A stretch of 64,000 nucleotides of DNA from Octopus vulgaris (GCA_951406725.2 OX597815.1:97402001-97466000), one strand, 5' to 3'; counted from the stretch's first letter, positions 13,749 to 27,986 are shown. Numbers and translations: made by a program. The notes: generated by a model from the sequence alone, not told the origin.

Positions 13749-13781
13749 TGTATATATATATATATATATATGTATGTATAT

Positions 13782-13815
<34 letters not shown>

Positions 13816-13847
13816 GTATGTATATATATATATGTATGTATATATAT

Positions 13848-13881
<34 letters not shown>

Positions 13882-13913
13882 GTATGTATATATATATATG
13901 TATGTATATATAT

Positions 13914-13961
<48 letters not shown>

Positions 13962-14126
13962 GTATATATATATATTTATATATATATATATTTATATATA
14001 TATATGTATATATATATATGTGTGTATATATATATATATGCATATATATATATGTATATATATATTTATATATATATATATATATATGTATATATTTATA
14101 TATATATATATGTGTGTATATATATT

Positions 14127-14158
<32 letters not shown>

Positions 14159-14393
14159 CATATGTATATATTTATATATACATATATGTATATATATACA
14201 CATATATATACATATATATATTTATATATATATACGCATGTATATGTTTATATATATATGATATATGTATGTGTATATGTATATATATATGTGTGTGTGT
14301 GTATATGTATATATGTATATATATGTGTGCATATGTATAAGTATATATATGTATGTGTATATGTATATATATATGTGTGTGTGTATGTATAAG

Positions 14394-14426
<33 letters not shown>

Positions 14427-14485
14427 GTGTGTGTGTGTGTGTGTGTGTGTGTATGCGTACCTGTATGTATGTATGTATATATATT
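13712..14485. repeat. Long compound (TA)n/(TATG)n/(TG)n microsatellite
   Basis: Read directly. It is the source of the spurious YIYI ORFs. Similar tracts lie at about 4518-4783, 5540-5840, 22918-22994, 35563-35633 and 38198-38360. Confidence 0.95.
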
Positions 14486-14806
14486 TATCTGTGTGCAATA
14501 TGAAACAAGAATCGGATCTGCTTCCACAGAAATTCAAGAAACAATAAAACATTACAAAATTTTATAGTATAAGATATAGAAGACTACAGTAAGAAAAAGG
14601 GCGCGTTCAAATCATATGTAATATTATGCAATACAAAAGATGATTACGATTCTATTTTAATAAAATATGAAATATCTTACTGAAAGGATGTGTATAGCTC
14701 AGACTGCACTATATATTGTAAAATGTTAGGCTTCAGAAGTCACTGATTTATATACGTAGTAGTAAAAAGTAAACTCTTTTAACATTTGTTTTAACACGAG
14801 TTGATA

Positions 14807-14917
<111 letters not shown>

Positions 14918-14937
14918 TGTAAATATTGATTTATTGA

Positions 14938-15196
14938 TTGAAGTGTACAGTATTATATCCTTTACAGCTGATTTTACTAATCGGTTTCGCACTAGGGGTT
15001 TAAGGAATTGTTAGATAACAGTCTGATTATATAAACCTTCGCTCTTTAGAGGTCACCATATTTCATTAGATAGCAGCTACCTCAGAAGAGCCTAGAGTTA
15101 CATAATCAGACTATTAACTAACACTCCATTGAACCTCTAGTGTGAAAATGATTGGTAAGATCGTCTGGAGCGGATATATAATACTGTATATTTCAA
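14938..15196. repeat. ~260-bp imperfect hairpin element next to (GATA)n/(TA)n
   Basis: Arms share tacagtattatat, cactag.ggtt.aa, tgttag, agtctgattat and gctctt..gaggt. Confidence 0.8.
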
Positions 15197-18100
15197 TTAA
15201 CATACCTACACTACTGACAAATATACGAGTGCATTTTCCCTGACTTATGGACTGTTAGACTGCTTACACACATACACACAAGCACACACTCAGTATATAG
15301 TGAAGGCGCGTGGCTTAATGGTTAGGGCGAGTGCGGTGACTGTTTTGCGAATATATATATGTGTGTGTGTTTAACGTATATGTGATTGTAATTCTCTGAA
15401 CATTCTATAAACCTGTAAATCACGATTAAGCAATACTAAGGTTAGGTTAGATCTACTGAAGCTTTTGTTTCTTCTGTCAGCAAGTAGTAAAACTATTTGC
15501 TTAAGATTTTTGTTCCTCTGTAACTCTTTGTCGAGATATTAAAAGATTAGGATTCTAAGCTATAGAATATCTCATTATGATAATATATGGTATTCGATAA
15601 ATGCACCTAGAGGAAATGAGAATATTGTTCAATGAGAAACGCATTACATATAAGCTCACTGAACAAATTCTATCTGAAACTACGTGAGAATGTTCATATC
15701 TTAACAACAAAGCCGCGGCATAATAGAGGAATCCTTAGAATGATTATAAATATTATAATTACCATATTAATATGTGAATATCATGGCACAAAGACTCAGC
15801 ATCAGACAACAAGCCTGACAAAGATTATAAATACTATAATTAACATATTCTATCCTGTGAAGTGTTTCAGAATCTCAAATTATATTGTCAGATATACGAA
15901 AGTTGTGCAAGATCTGAAACGAAAATATTATTATTCATCCCTGGTTATTTAAACGTTGTCGAATTTGCAAGTAATGAAGAATTAACTATTTGACAACACG
16001 AAGCATATAATAGACCTTCTTTTATTGTTTGTACTTTTCTGCTGGATATGCTGTGATTACTGTGATTCAAAATCCACGAGTATTATAAACACTTCAGAAA
16101 ACAGAATGTTTTCAGGTTTAGATACTTTAGACAGAATTGAATGATATTCAGAGTGAGCAATTTCCAATTTTGGCACGACCATTGTAATTCCACAAAACCC
16201 CATGGTGTTGCATTTTGAAATATGTATGAATCCACTTTCACATTCCTATGTTATCTAAATGCATTAGAGAAATAAGTAAAATTTGATTCATGTTCAGTTC
16301 GAAACCCCGTTGAAAGTAGTTTCAAGCTATGCCTATATTTTACACGTTTACTTTGAATAAGATATATTTCTATATCATTAATGGAAATTATATTTCATAT
16401 ATAAATCGACTAAAATTAAACTCTTCGTCCCTCTTTCTAGATATTTATCTATTTGTCTATCTATCTGTCTGTCTATCTATCACAATGTGTGTGACTGTTT
16501 GTCGGTGTGTGTGTGCGTGTGTGGATATACTGAGTAGAAAGATATTTAAGAGATCAAATACACTACATCAGTAAAACAGTAAGCAAAATCCAAGCAGATA
16601 GAACAGATGCAACGAAATATTAGAATTTGCATTCAGTTTAATCGAACAAAAGAGAGTCCAGACAAACTGTAAATACAGGAAAATGTGCGATTATAAAGTT
16701 GAGGCATCGCACCACAATTCAAATATCACAGCAGGCCGATTTTGCTTTTCATCGCCTACAGTCAAAGAAATAAGTAACTGTCATATCCTAGAGTCGATTT
16801 TATAGACTATAAGCACTCCTTAAAATGTATGACCTTGTGCCTACTCTAGACATCATTAATCCTATTTCCTCTCCCTCTTATGATAGCTTCCTTAACTGAA
16901 ATGTTTATTACATTTTGTATAGAAATTGATCCTTCCCTCTACTAATCTGCTCATTTTTCGAGTTTCTCAGATATCCCTTATACATCTTAATAAATTCACT
17001 CACTCATTTTTGTGGCGATTGCAATCGACACCAATTGATGTTAAAATCGTTAAGATATTGTGTATAATTTTTAGTGGTGATAACATTCTTGGATCAAAGC
17101 CTGTTAACTGTTAGAATATCTCTTAGTGAGTTTGCTAATATATTTGTCCTGCTGTCTATCTTATTCGAATGTTTAGTGTATAAGTTAATTTTCTTGTTAT
17201 TATGGTTTTCGATATTACCTAGGTTACATGGCAAATTTATACAGTTTAGCAATAAATTAGTAATACTTTTTGGAGTAGTTTTTCTTTAAATTTGAACTAT
17301 GTTTTACAACGTTAGACTTGAATAAGTTATACCTGTGATGTGTACGAAACTTATAATCAATAAATTTAGTAAATATTTTACGTATAGCTATTAATGCAAT
17401 AACATAAAATTCCTGACATCAAATTCAATTAGATTTTAAATAACCTACAAACTGAAAGAATAATAGAAAGCTTCAGTCTTATGCATGTTCAGAAAAAATC
17501 CAAGACAAACGTTGTTGTGTGTATTGTAAGCACTTTGTTGAAGTTATAAAAATAATTAAGAGAAATTGTATAATATTGATTCTATAATATAATTATATTT
17601 CAATAACTGACATGTTCAAGGAAAAAATAACCCACCTTTAAAATTAATTTGCTCAAAATGTCTAAATTTTCACCCCCAAGATATTAATCTCCGTTGGTTG
17701 TCATGAATATATTTCTATTTCAGTACATTAAATATAATTAATGTTTCAAGAGGAATTTTCTTCAATTGCTAAACAGTGATAATAGTAATATATCACCTAA
17801 GGTTACTCTTGAAGAAAACGTACAGAAAGGAAAATGCATTTACTTAATAGCATATAGTTGACTGAATTGAACATAAACGGGATTAATTCGTGTTCTAAAC
17901 TTCTATGACTATTTTGATATACTCGTATTGTTAACAAATCGAACAAAAAGAGTGTTTGAAATATATTGTAAATATCATTGACGAAAGGGAATTCTCTTTC
18001 TTTAACGCAAATTTAAATATTGAGTGTAGGGAACCTAAAAATCAATATATTCTTATTATAGTGTACATCGAGTGAGTTATTACGTTGATAGTTTAGTTTT

Positions 18101-18326
18101 ATTGCATACCAATCAACATTATATATAATCCCATAGGTTAACTTATGCCAAACTCACTTGCACACACTTGCAAAACATATAATTGTTTTGACATATTCTT
18201 AAAACGACAACATGCCTGAAAAAGTATGTAAATATATTACGCCTATGGAACTAAGTAAAATCGACAACGCCAACAAACATCTAATTGTTAAAATAGATTT
18301 CTCGAACCAATATAGGTGTGTTTAGG

Positions 18327-19268
18327 TTGGCGAGCTGGCAAAATTGTTAGCACGCCGGGCGAAATGCTTAGGGGTATTTCGTCTGCCGCTACGTTCTGAG
18401 TTCAAATTCCGCCGAGGTCGACTTTGCCTTTCATCCTTTCGGGGTCGATTAAATAGGTACCAGTTATGCACTGGGGTCGATATAATCGACTTAATCCGTT
18501 TGTCTGTCCTTGTTTGTTCCCTTTGTGTTTGGTCCCTTGTGGGTAGTAAAGAAATAGGTATTTCGTCTCTCTGTAAGTTCTGAGCATAAACTCCGCCGAG
18601 GTCGACTTTGCATTTTATCCTTTCGAGTCGATTAAATAAGTACCAGTTAGGCACTGGGGTCGATCTAATCGAGTTAATCCGTTTGTCTGTCCTCGTTTGT
18701 CCTCTGTGTTTAGCCCCTTGTGGGTAGTAAAGAAATATAAATAGGCATTTCGTCTGCCGCTACGTTCTGAGTTCAAATTCCGCCGAGGTCGACTTTGCCT
18801 TTCATCATTTCGGGGTCGATAAATTAAGTACCAGTTACGCACTGGGGTCGATGTAATCGACTTAATCCGTTTGTCTGTCCTTGTTTGTCCCCTTTGTGTT
18901 TGGTCCCTTGTGGGTAGTAAAGAAATAGGTATTTCGTCTCTCTGTACGTTCTGAGTACAAATTCCGCCGAGGTCGACTTTGCCTTTCATCCTTTCGGGTC
19001 GATTAGATAAGTACCAGTTACGCACTGGGGTCGATGTAATCGAGTTAATCCATTTGTCTGTCCTTGCATGTCCTCTCTGTGTTTAGCCCCTTGTGGGTAG
19101 TAAAGAAATAGGTATTTCATCTACTCTTCATTCTTAGCAAATTCCGCCGTGGTCGACTTTGCCTTTCATCATTTCGGGGTCAATTAAATAAGTACCAGTT
19201 ACGCACTGGGGTTGTTGTAATCAACTTAATCCCTTTGTCATTGTTTGTCCCCTCTATGTTTAGCCCTC
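18327..19268 (+). repeat. SINE-derived tandem array (one tRNA-like head + five ~180-188 bp units)
   Basis: ccgccg(a/t)ggtcgactttgc recurs at about 18409, 18593, 18780, 18964 and 19144. The head ggcgagctggcaaaattgttagc occurs only once. Confidence 0.92.
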
Positions 19269-19456
19269 TAAACATAGAAATAAAATGTGTTTAGGTGCAA
19301 ATAAACTTTACGGTTGTGGCTTATTTCAACTCGTAAAGGCAAATTTACTGCAATTTCACCTTTTACCATCAAAGAGAATCTTTCTCCACGGTAACTGCAG
19401 TGGCTTTGGAAGTTGAAATATGTCAAAAGTATTTGAACTAAACTAAAGGTCGCTGA

Positions 19457-20584
19457 TATATATAAGTTGTTAACTCTATATCCGGTCATACAGAGGCCAG
19501 TGGTTTCGCATCCACAAAGGGTTTAGTTCAGTGGACATCTTTCAAACTCTAAAGCAAGAGACAAATGTAACTCTTCACCTCTGGGAGGCAAGAATCCGTT
19601 ACAGTCATTTGGTCAGTAAGTCACAAAAGACTGAATATTCCGGGGTTAATGAGGACGGGTTGTGCCCTTAGACTAGTTTGTGGAGGTGGGGCTAAAACAG
19701 TGGCAACATGCGATGTTTCCCTTGGGGTATTTTTAGATCGTCAGGACCTATTTGCAGCAGGTAGCGCTTGAAATAGATGCAAAGACTATAAATTTCCTGA
19801 TGAGTGTTCAGTGATCCAGGTTTCAGAGAATCTTTGAGCATCCTTGCTCGCTCAGCTATACAGAGCTTGCAGTGTTCGCTCCTATTAATGAAGGCTCCCG
19901 GTGGTTGTAAGATCCTCCACTTGATATCTTATACAATATCTTCATCTTTGAAGCACCACACGTGACAGGGCAGGGTTGTGACGAATTGTCTTTCCAGAAT
20001 CCTTGAAGTGAGAGGGCCTGTATTTGTACAGGCGTCGTTTGATTGTCGTCCCGGCTGACCCGAACTATTTCTAGGCTTGGGTATTGGTTGTGCACACATC
20101 ACTGGCGCATCTTCGCTTGGCTCTTGGACCGAAGATCTTGTTGTTTCCGCCGGTGTTATTGGAGCTACAATCGATGCTTTTATCATTACGAAACGTAGGT
20201 CCGGCGATATCACTGCGGCTGTCATCATTGTGATGGTCATCCCTGGCCGTGATGTTGACGCTATAGTCTTCACATTTCAAACGCTACCTGCTGCAAGCAT
20301 AGGATTCCCCTTACTCCAATTAGACCCGGAACGGTCCTCACGATCTAAAACAAGCTGAAGCGGAGAATCCTTTGCTCCACTTCTTTTTCTCCTCAAAAAT
20401 TGGTCTAAGGGACTATTTACTTTTTGGTGACTTAATAAGAAAATGGCCATAAGGTATCCCTACCTCCCAGAGGTAGGAATCCCATTTTGGAGTTTGACAA
20501 GACGACCACGGGTTTAAACCCTTTGTGGATGCGAAATCATCGGTCGCTCATTAACTGGACATAGACTTAATTACTTATATATAT
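19457..20584. repeat. ~1.1-kb imperfect inverted-repeat (rod-like) element flanked by short TA runs
   Basis: Ordered complementary blocks: tttcgcatccacaaagggttta, tcaaactc, acctctgggagg, taagtcac, cccttagac, ttttagatcgt.aggacc, ttgcagcaggtagcg.ttgaaat and aagactata. Confidence 0.88.
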
Positions 20585-20957
20585 AAGATATAGGAATCGA
20601 GGGGTAGGAAGAAAGTTATCTTCAAACAATGCATAGTAAATATGAAAAACAACTTTCCGGGACAAAATAGTGTTTTATTAAAACGGATGGTTGTGGAATT
20701 TTTTTGTATCTAAATGCAATAAACTGAAAAAAGTTTTTTTTATATTTCACGGTAGATGATCAGAGTCGCCGCGTGTGCGAATTAGAATACAAGAGTTAAG
20801 GAATGGAGTAGATAAGATCTGAGCTACAGATGTTTCATAGCGAGCGAAAACTCACTTGAATATTTACTACTTCTGTGGTTCTAAATACATATGTATGTAT
20901 GTATGTATGTATGCATTTATTTATGCATGTATGTATGTATTCACTTATGAATTGATT

Positions 20958-20988
<31 letters not shown>

Positions 20989-22914
20989 ATGTATGTATAT
21001 ATATATATATATATTTGTGTATGTGTGTGTTTGTGTACCTGTGTGTATGTTTGTGTGTGTGAGTCTGTGTGTATGTGCGTGTGTGTAAGTATGTTATAAC
21101 CATCTACATGAAAACGTTTACTGCTGAAAACGGAGATGATCAGTAGTTCCTATTCCTTCAGGGTGATGGGGAATGTGTTTTCTAGTCTGAAATAACGGAA
21201 AGTCGCTAGATGTAGGATAAATATTCTCACTCATAAGGAATATTGTAAATTTAGTTTCCTTACTAGAGTCGAATCCTTATCTTAAATTTTAACCAGCCAC
21301 AATTAATTAGTGTGTTATGGAGCCACTGACCAACTTGAAGAGAATTATCGATGTTAAAATTTCCTGATTTCACTAAAAGTGGACACAGCTGAATGATGAG
21401 AATAATACTCTATTCAATGTTGAATTCCAATTTCTAAAGCAGAATTTGTCCTGTGTCTTTCGGTAATTGTATATATGCGTGACATTTCATATTTCAGCGT
21501 TGTTATGCAAAATATGGCATTATTTGACAGAATCTCAAAAACAAATTAAAATAAAACATAATATATAAATCAATAAAATTTTAAAATAGAAGACCAAAAG
21601 TTATTTAACTTTAATCCAATTTGCATTTCAACAAAAACAACTTGAATATCCAAAACTAAATCAGTTGGATAGTATTCTTGTATAGTGGAAAAGTGTAGTA
21701 GTGGATTAACAGAAAGGATAAAATGGCGCACGTATTTTTTATTCTGTAGTGTTTAAATTATGCCAAACACGACTTTACCATCACAACACCCAGAATCGGT
21801 AAAATACGTGTTAAACAAATACTAACATAAATATCATCGTCTGCATGTTATTCTTCAAACGTTATATATTTTTCAAGCATTATATAGAGTCGATCATCAT
21901 ACGTGCGATTTCTATTTCGTCTTGAGCTTATTATGCTCTCTCGCATTGTAAATTACTAAATTGTTATAATTTCTTAGAAATTTTCATTCATAATTTACCC
22001 AGAAAAATCTCCTTGTCAAAGAGAAATAGCTGATATGATATTTGACTGTGAAATTACTACGACAGCAAATTTGGATTTTAGCCGTGTGATACATACTTCG
22101 GGCGATATGTTAAACAATGTTATCCACAAATTTGCAGAAGAAACACAAGCTAAGAATTATTTCGGCAAAAATTAGTTCTGCAAAATTTCATTAACTACTT
22201 AATAAATAACGTGAGAGTCTATGTTGGGTAATTTGGCCAGAAAGAGTAATAAATTTCCTTGCACTCAACTGTTCCGTTTAAAGAATACTTGTAAAGAGAA
22301 AGGTCGAAGTTGAACATAAATGTCCTTTCAACTAATATGTTCCCGGTCTAGATGTGAAATTTCAAACTGTTCAAGAACGAAATTGAGATTTGAAACTATT
22401 CATCTGATGCGTTATTACTTGTGTACTAAATTCATATGAATTATGTATGGACTGTAGCTAAACATGCGTATACATATAGTATACACAACGTACTGAGAGA
22501 AACCGGATTGAATAAACAAAGAAATCAAATTTTTACTACAAGGGCTTTGTTTCCAAAGGATCCTGTTTTTCCTTTCACTGTTGAGATATGATTTCTGCTG
22601 AAAATTAGAAATATACCAACTGGCCGCTTACTTCCCGTTACCATCTGCTCAGGCCGAGTATTAGATTGACAAAAAATGGATTACTATTGCGATGAATGTG
22701 TTCATAACTATAGGGTATCAAAGTTAAAGAGAGATGAAAATCACCAATAACAACTAGTCTTAATATTGCTACTTAAACCCATTACATTGAACTACGTTTT
22801 TAATAGCGGAAGGAAGCATTGGGTAATGTCGTCCAAGATTTTAAAAATCTATAATCAATAGAATAAGATAAATATTTAATTACTTTATAAAAAGTATTAA
22901 AAGCGCAGATTAAA

Positions 22915-22996
<82 letters not shown>

Positions 22997-23889
22997 CGAA
23001 TATATTTCAAAAGTTACTGGAAGATGCGGGAATTCTATGAAACAGTTAATGGTTATACATCCCCAGAAATATTAAATACTACTAATTCGTTATATATACA
23101 TATTTGTTTGGGAGAGTTTTGGTTGGCGAATTTCATGGCCGCTTCCTGGTATTCTTCCAGAATACCAAATAAACCTGGTGATTAAAAACAGGACACAAAT
23201 GAAACTCTGTTTGTTTTGAAAATTGACATTTAAGACAAAGCAAACACAAATGCAAATAATTCAAACAATGGAAAACATTTTATTTTGAAGGAATCAAGAG
23301 ACGTCTAAAGTTTCGTGTTGAGCCCTCCAGCGAAAACTTCAACCTCAAAACTTGCACAGCATCCGTTCCACTATTTGAACATTTTACCTTGCTATTCTTC
23401 CAACGTAATATTTAAATTTTTTCAGATTCTAAAGCTAAAACAATCTATTTCAAAGACATTGTTCCTTACCAATTTATTTGTAGCAAACTATTCTTATCCA
23501 TATTTGTATTTTCACGTAGAATATTTTCATTAACACTTTCACTAATCAGGTAATTATCATTTTGTTGAACAGCAGTTATCAGTCGAAAGGTCAGACGTGC
23601 TTTGTAAATAGTAACCGATGTTCACGCACAACACGCAGCTATAGATTGTGTCCGAGATACACATGCAATCTTTAGCTAAACAATATACAGATATAAAGCA
23701 AATTATAAAACCATAGATTAAAAAATGTAAAATATGTTACAGAATTACAGAAAGAAAACTATACCGCTCAAAGAGAGGCATTCTTACACATATACATAAG
23801 ATTACTGATCATATAATTGCATATATATAAAGTCTTTCTCACCTTCCCGAGCGTTAAAGTGATACACCTTTTGTTTTTCTGTCAATTTC

Positions 23890-23939
<50 letters not shown>

Positions 23940-25469
23940 TGTGGCATGCTATCATCTGATGAAGCCGTGTGGTCTATTTAAACATGGTGGAACCAATTCC
24001 TCTCCAATTATTTTCCATAAACACAAGCAAGCACGCATATACGCACCCATATGTAAGCGTGAGTGAGGTTTCCACAAGGTATCCGTGAATTTGTGTGACA
24101 GTTATCTACAAATAATGCAGCTAGTCTGACCCAATTTTGAGACATCCCTTAGAAAGGAAAGGTCGGAATATACAATTATGATCCGAGAAAATATCTTTTT
24201 TTTTCCAAAAGTTTTTACTGCAATATAGTCCTGAAGTTCATAAAATTTAATGTTTCGAATGATGCATAAAAAGTGAAAAAGATTGCACGTTCGCACTGGA
24301 AATTGTTATGCTATTTATTCTAAAAGTACTTTAGTTTTTTTTTAGCAACAACAGTGTCGTTACTTTTATATTGAATGGCCTATAATTTATCTGGTGTATG
24401 GGAGATGTTTATATAAAAGGTTCAGCAATGTGTTTATGAATATAAGTGTTCTGAATGCAATGTAATATTTCTTTGAAGCCAGCTCTTTTAATGTGTCACT
24501 ATAATTGTGTAGTATGTCTGAAATGCTCTTTATAATCTTAACACATAAGTTATATGTGCGCTAACGGATGTTACTAAGGATTTTTGGCGTTATTGATGGA
24601 TGGCTTAAATTTATGTTATTGGACAGCATGTTCTCCTTACACTTACTATAATTACAATATGTATCGATATATAGATCTAAAGACACAGTGAGCAAACTTA
24701 GATTTGTGACCACTATAATCTTTTCATCTAAGTTTTTTTTTTGCATAGTTCAATAGCCTACTTTGAGAATCCATTGTAAGAGCTTTTCATATGTCTTTAA
24801 ACATGGTGGAACCAATTCCTCTCTACTTTTAGAATAAATAACCATTACCACAGCTGAATATAACTTTGTAGAAAATAATCTTTTAATAAGTTTTAAACAA
24901 TTAGATCATGTAGGTTTACAAATCTCACTAATGTTGCAAGATCCCGTGACAGAGTGTTCTGTTTAACCAATGACAATGTAGCTTCAAAGAAATAACATTC
25001 CCTAGCATAGACAGTAAGGATATTGTAAGCCCAGTAATTGAGAGAAAACATCCACCGAATAAACAGCATTCTGGATTTGAGGTTACAGATGCACGGAGAT
25101 CTACTATATCGTAAATTTGCAATCATGTATGGAAGATATATATACATACTATCAATGCTGCTGGACTACACCATGAAAGATACCCTATCAACCCACAACC
25201 GAACAAATTATCTTTATAACGAAGATAAGAATTACGGTGATCATGCATTTCCATCACCATTAGCTATATAGGTAATTAAATATTACTCAAATAAATTTAT
25301 TAAAATCCTTTCTATATATTTATGAATGTTCTTATGTTACAAGCAGACACATACACCCACGCAAAAATACATGCGCGCGCACACACACACATATATATAT
25401 ATTAAAGAAAATAGGATAACAAGGCCAAGACAATTTGATATTCCTAGGGCATTTATAAATAGAAAGGTG

Positions 25470-25517
25470 GTCTTATAGCTTTTTCAAGGAAATAAATGAT
25501 ATTCCATCATCAGAGAC
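25470..25517 (-). ncRNA. Decayed type I hammerhead motif
   Basis: Minus strand reads GTCT CTGATGA tggaa...ttcctt GAAA aagcta TA^AGAC, with stem I GTCT/AGAC. Related to 55217-55264. Confidence 0.55.
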
Positions 25518-27926
25518 GAGTTAAATGAGCTTCAATAGAAGGAATTTTTAAAGTTCATTTTCTCGGAATTTATTCTAAAATACTCGGTGTATTTTGAAGG
25601 CAAAAGTTATGGATATTCGCATCAGATTAATTATATAATCATCTAAGTCAACAACTGCGTTAGTACGTTTTTTATTTATAAATATACTATCTCAGTTCGT
25701 TATTCATTTTGTTCCAAGTACTCTTAAAGAGTGAAATATTTATGTTGTATGGGAACTATAGATTCAATCACAACATGTTATTTACTACACTTTCATTATT
25801 TCCTTGGATATATAACTTCGACTAAATTTGGAGAAAGTCAAGTTTATTGCAAAGATTTTCTTTCGTTTCTCACAATCAATTTTGTATTGTATTAGAACAG
25901 ATTTTATCGATATAACATTAATTCTTAAACTGATGTAGCCATCTATACGCATTTTCGTATACTCAATAATCTGAAATATAATTTTCAAGTTTAGATTCCC
26001 GAGATTTTTTTAACAGTTTCAGTAATATTTGCAGTCTAAAATCAATTAGGACTGAAACGAAAGAATCGGTTACAACTTTATCGTATTTTAGTACCAAGTT
26101 CAAGAATTAGTATTCGAAATATATATCCTTACCACACGCACAAACTGAAACAAAAAAATCCATCGTATTTTTTTTCTCTTTTCTTCTATTGTTTCTATGG
26201 CATACAAAAATCACCGGACATTATTCCTGGACAATTCCCAAGAATGAGGCCTAAACATTCATAGAAGTTTTACATGAAAATGTGGTGAAAGAAAGTGAAA
26301 GTATATGTGCCATTTATGACAAAATTAAGTGATATTCTCCATCCAAATCAGTGTTAATATTTAGGTAAAGCCGACCTCAACTTAACTTAATGTATATAAT
26401 TGCTCATAACATTTATTTAACTTCAGCTAAAAGGAAAGAATAATTATTTCGTGAGAATATGTACTTTAAATACCCTCTATTTTCTAAATTCTATTTTGAT
26501 TTTTAGTGCGAATGCATTCTTAAACGTCCATTCCAATTTTTTGCTGTTGGGTAAAATTTCAGCATTCGTATCCAATAAGTTTATAATCAAATATGCTATA
26601 ATCAAATAAGTGTGGTACATCGTCAGGGATCGTAAAGTGCTCAAATACATTCTTTACATTATTTAGTCAAGTAGTAATCGGAATTCAAATCATATAGATC
26701 AGAGTTTTGCTTATACAAATCTTGGTTTTGCAAAATCGGTGCCAATAATAAATTGTGGCCGAAGTCATCTACAGTAGCCCTGACGAATGTTTGGCTTTAT
26801 TTCAAATTTAGACATCAAGAATTTCAGCTAATATATTTGGTTGGCATTTTCTCTAATATTAATAACGTCCATTCACTATGTATCAAAACATATCTGAAAA
26901 TACACTTTTCTTCTTTTTAATGTGTGATCGTATCTTTAATACAATGGTGTTACAGTTTTGTAAATATCTAGATTGTCCTAACTTATCTTTACGTGGATTT
27001 TTTCTTTTATGACAGCGTTTCTTAAGGTCATGAGATTTATTTAATTCTAAATGCAATATCATTTCATATAATCTTCAAACTGATAATTTCTTAATTTTTT
27101 AAAAATCTTTTTCGTTTACTAACACATGAGGTAGAATAATAGGAAAGTTGCTATGGAGGCTTCACAAAAAGGTCAGCGCATATAACCGAAACAAAGAAGT
27201 CTTTAGTTCTTAATGACTGAAAATGTATACACCTGTTACAAAACGTCTGCATCATGTTTCAACTGAAATGTTCTCCATTTTAGAACATTATTATCTCTTC
27301 ATACTCAGTTAAAATATCAGTGCTTGACATATAGCGAACATCTTAGTTAACACAATTATTTTGATTTTGATGCGAGGGCGGTTTTACTCAAAAATGAACT
27401 CAATTTACAATAACAAGTTTAAAAAATCGAAAACATTATCGTGACACTTCCAATTCCATTATTCATGGAAGCTTCACATAAATTAGCATTTATATTTAAC
27501 GTGCGTAGTCTGGCGTTGTAATTTGTAATGCTTTTACTGCCAAGAAAGATATCAATAATCACCTGTTCAATATCACAGCTATTTTATCCGAATTTGAACA
27601 AGCGAAGGCTCATTAAAATGGTATAATATTGAATTCTAATATCCGGTTTTATCAAGATTATATATACAGCTATGTATTTTCAAGTCAAATCCTGAATAAG
27701 GTATGGTATTCTATTCTGATTGCAAAATCTTTTATATAAAAGTTTATAAAATATTTGGTGAATATACAATTAAAATATATTTGGAAAATCATATTTTTCG
27801 GATCATATTCGAATGAGTTTGGGCTAGTTTTCTTGAATGAGAACTGTGTTAGTCCGCATGCAAGAAATATCAGTTAATCTCATTCAAATCACACTCTAGT
27901 GTCTGAAAATCGACGTTTTAATTGAT

Positions 27927-27986
<60 letters not shown>

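Noticed and set aside
13594-14567. Long ORFs up to 260 aa (YIYI/VCVC/THTH-rich), and similar ORFs throughout the window
   Set aside because: These are translations of (TA)n, (TG)n and (TATG)n microsatellites, which lack stop codons. They are not genes.
18327-19268. Regular array as a possible CRISPR or coding repeat
   Set aside because: Whole ~185-bp units repeat with no unique spacers, there are no cas genes, and the sequence matches the dispersed SINE.
19929-20273. 114-aa ORF in the rod element as an Obelisk/deltavirus-like protein
   Set aside because: No recognisable motif. ORFs of this size arise by chance in GC-richer sequence, and a profile search is needed before any claim.
23956-24000. 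ctgatgaagccgtgt...acatggtggaacc as an HHR (also 32843-32882, 37745-37765, 60155-60176 and 62021)
   Set aside because: GAAA, stem I or the cleavage triplet is missing or too degenerate. Mentioned only as possible relics and not annotated.
27620-27706. Possible upstream iGluR exon ending SQILNK|gtatgg
   Set aside because: Donor-like site, but no good acceptor and no convincing similarity to the expected ATD segment.
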